A stretch of DNA of 64,000 bases. Source: an uncultured cyanobacterium. Its GTDB lineage: Bacteria > Cyanobacteriota > Cyanobacteriia > Cyanobacteriales > Nostocaceae. The position numbers were made by a program, and so were the translations under genes. Shown here in pieces: positions 61,543-64,000 of the stretch. The notes below the pieces were generated by a model. It saw only the letters and a list, made by a program, of their open reading frames with translations, did not search any database and was not told the origin of the DNA. Where the stretch lies: NCBI GenBank assembly GCA_963706595.1, contig OY970166.1:1856001-1920000 (forward strand), in the 5' to 3' direction. Each line of letters starts with the position of its first letter. The stretch's first letter is position 1.

Positions 61543-61941
61543 ATGATAGTTCAGGATTATCTGACAGAAATAAAAGCTAAATTAATTACCAGTTCGATAA
61601 TTGATAAAATTTCTATTGTTAAAGAAAGAGCATTATCCGATCAAGGTTATTTTCGCGCAAGATTGAATTTAACGAATGGTGATTTTTTAGAAGTGGTGGA
61701 ATTTTTTAAAGTCAAGGGAGATCAATGTATTACAGAAACCTATCGTTATCAATGGATGGATGGTAATAGAACCCAGTTAAGAAAAAGATGGGATAATGTA
61801 GAGCATTTTCCTAATTTACCAAATTTTCCTCATTATGTCCATATTGAGGAAGAATCTTATGTTTATGCAAGTGTTTGTAGGAATATTTTAGAAATAATTG
61901 ATTTAATTAGTCAACAAATTACATATAGGAATCCGATTTGA
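61543..61941 (+). CDS. DUF6516/TumE-like putative toxin
   Basis: Y.YQW......L..RWDN..H.P....FPH.VH motif. Confidence 0.72.
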   Translation: MIVQDYLTEIKAKLITSSIIDKISIVKERALSDQGYFRARLNLTNGDFLEVVEFFKVKGDQCITETYRYQWMDGNRTQLRKRWDNVEHFPNLPNFPHYVHIEEESYVYASVCRNILEIIDLISQQITYRNPI

Positions 61942-62304
61942 TTATTGAAAAAATCTAAGTATATGTAGTGGCGTGACAAGGCTAAAATGTTGCAATAGAT
62001 TTTTGAGAAAATTGGGATAAATCAATGTTTTCTGCTTTTTACCTAATGCACTATTTTAAGCTTGTCACGCCAGTAGGGTGTGTTATGGCTTTAGCCTAAC
62101 GCACCGTCTTCTGGGTCTTGGTGCGTTACTACTGGATTGACAAGCTTAAAATAGTGCATGAGACGTAGGTTGGGTAGAGGAACGAAACCCAACGCAACCA
62201 AAGATGTTGGGTTTCCTAACGTCAACCCAACCTACAATTTTTTGCCACATTTTAAGCTTGTCATGCTACTACGTGTGTTTCATAAATCAAAGATGAGTCC
62301 TATA
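61924..62304. mobile_element. Largest composite MITE copy with two nested IR elements and two REP palindromes
   Basis: Same TIRs as 658-911 in opposite orientation; nested element 61968-62073 flanked by TA; second nested element ~62130-62271 contains GTAGGTTGGG...CCCAACCTAC. Confidence 0.75.
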
Positions 62305-62442
62305 GGAAGTCTTAAAGTTCTAAACCTCACATTATTCATTTCGGCGATTTTCTTCAAGAAGTTGGGAATATCTGGTATCAACAGCAAAAATGCCATGTCT
62401 GGAGTTGACAAGGCTAGAGTTTAATAATATTAAATTATAGAT

Positions 62443-63021
62443 TTATGCTTTAACTGCGGATACTTGTTTGCGTTTGCGAAGTGAAGTGACACCAAAAGCA
62501 CCCAAGCCCAAGATACCCATGAGAGTAGTGGGTTCGGGAACAGAAGCTACTGAAGCTGATGTAAAAGTAAGAGTGGAACTATCTAAATCTCGAACTCCAC
62601 TAGCTCCCAAATTAGCTGCATTCAAAGCATCAAGGAAACTACTACCTCCTACAAAGCTGCTGTTTAGTGATAAAGCCGTACCGCCATTAATCAAACCAAA
62701 AAATGCAGTACCAGCTAGATTAATTTGCCCACCAACTACGGAAAATACGTTTTCAAGACTACCTGATGATAAATCGTTTATTGGTGCAGTCAACCCTAGA
62801 CCACCAGGAAGAGAGGTTATGATCACACTGGTGGCAGCAAATGTTCCATCACCATCTGCTAATTCAATAGTTCCTTCGACATTACCATTAACTGCGCCAT
62901 TCTCATTGGAAAAACTAAAATTAAAAATAGCCGCTTGTGCTGTTCCTGCAAAACCCAGAGCGATTACTGCTGCTCCGGCGGTAGCCATTGATAACTTTTT
63001 CAATACATTTACGGTAGTCAT
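62443..63021 (-). CDS. PEP-CTERM sorting domain surface protein
   Basis: Signal peptide ending AQA; VPEP, TM helix, RKRK tail. Confidence 0.92.
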   Translation of the reverse strand: MTTVNVLKKLSMATAGAAVIALGFAGTAQAAIFNFSFSNENGAVNGNVEGTIELADGDGTFAATSVIITSLPGGLGLTAPINDLSSGSLENVFSVVGGQINLAGTAFFGLINGGTALSLNSSFVGGSSFLDALNAANLGASGVRDLDSSTLTFTSASVASVPEPTTLMGILGLGAFGVTSLRKRKQVSAVKA

Positions 63022-63282
63022 AAGTATTTTTTCCTGAAAAACGAGTTTTTTTGTTGCTTTCGATACGACTGATCATAATACGGCTGTTTAACGCCTGTAA
63101 AGCGGTTTTTAGCAACTTTACAGAAACTTTACTGTGATCAAAAGCTACTATTTTCGGGGGGGTAGCGTTAAATATTTATATTGTCAGGTTTTCAAATGGA
63201 TAAAGTAGTGTATTTAACTGATACCAATATATAAAGTTATTATGCTGCACTTCAGTATACTGATAAAAGTCATGTAATAAAT

Positions 63283-64000
63283 TCACCCAAAACAAGTCCC
63301 TGATTCACCAGAAATTACACCTTTTGACTCTAATACAGCTGCAACTCGTAAAATTAAAGCTTCATTGTAGGGTGCGGCGATGATTTGCACACCCAAAGGT
63401 AAACTATCAGGAAGCTGAACTGGGACTGATAAGACGGGTAAGCCAATGAAGGATAATGGTTGTGTGAATAATCCCAAATGAGGACGCACTAGAATTTCTT
63501 CACCATCTAAAATCATGGTTTTTTGACCAATTAGCGGTGCAGAAATCGGTGTAGTGGGGGCGAGAATTATATCTACATTTTGCCAGATTTCCCGCAGGCG
63601 ATCGCGATACCAACTTCTAAACCTTTGTGCTTGTATGTACCAAGCACTCGGTATTAATGCCCCAGCCAAAAAGCGATCGCGTGTAGCGGGATCAAAATCT
63701 TGGGGACGGGACTTTAATTGCTCTAAATGCAGATTTGCCCCTTCACTAGCGGTAATTACAAAGGCGGCTGCACGGGCGCGGTGGGCTTCGGGTATATTTA
63801 CATAGTCAGTTACATTTAAAGCTTGGGCTACTTTTTGGACTGCGGCTAAGGCTTCTGGTGACGCACCTTGAGTAAAATAATCAGATGCGATCGCTATTCT
63901 AATTTGAGAAATATCTTGATATAATTGTGGTACAGATAATTCGGGAGAGCGTTTTGTACAAACCGGGTCACGCTCATCTTCACCTTGCAGCAGATCAAAA
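63283..64000 (-). CDS. AtzE-family amidase, C-terminal part (5' end beyond window)
   Basis: Frame is open to the window end: ARAAAFVITASEG, FDPATRDRFLAG, APTTP, FTQPLSFIGLP, LPLGVQ. Confidence 0.88.
   Translation of the reverse strand, partial: FDLLQGEDERDPVCTKRSPELSVPQLYQDISQIRIAIASDYFTQGASPEALAAVQKVAQALNVTDYVNIPEAHRARAAAFVITASEGANLHLEQLKSRPQDFDPATRDRFLAGALIPSAWYIQAQRFRSWYRDRLREIWQNVDIILAPTTPISAPLIGQKTMILDGEEILVRPHLGLFTQPLSFIGLPVLSVPVQLPDSLPLGVQIIAAPYNEALILRVAAVLESKGVISGESGTCFG

Noticed and set aside
1..64000. tRNA, rRNA or riboswitch genes
   Set aside because: No cloverleaf, rRNA or cobalamin-riboswitch signature was recognised by eye in the intergenic regions; a covariance-model scan was not possible

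Overview
This is chromosomal DNA of a heterocyst-forming (Nostocales-like) cyanobacterium, judged from dense HIP1 octamers (GCGATCGC), STRR heptamer repeats and typical genes (clpR-clpP3, hemW, pgk, group-2 sigma factor, cobO, pyrH-frr, hli, rbp, pknA/pknD-like kinases). I found no rRNA, tRNA, CRISPR array or reverse transcriptase. Three loci stand out. (1) An ~8 kb export locus (50.4-58.4 kb): a C39-peptidase ABC transporter and HlyD flanked by seven small genes that share one double-glycine leader but have very different Cys-free cores (Gly/Trp/Arg repeats, acidic repeats, candidate long beta-hairpins). There is no modification enzyme or evident immunity gene, and several precursors share 5' hairpins. 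It may be a secreted multi-component polymer/matrix system rather than a classical bacteriocin. (2) An EACC1-like gene followed by a caspase-CLec(FGE) fusion whose 3' end looks like the variable region of a remote diversity-generating-retroelement target, next to a probable pseudokinase-TPR array. (3) A Bacteroidetes-type deoxyhypusine-synthase-like gene. The window also has an AraC/TonB siderophore uptake locus whose operator repeats carry 21-nt HIP1-targeted insertions, a solo TnpB with a rearranged RuvC site, and nested MITE/REP elements. Six genes, including essential frr, carry 1-nt indels, so frameshifts here are probably sequencing or assembly errors. Family assignments come from motif recognition only; no database search was run.
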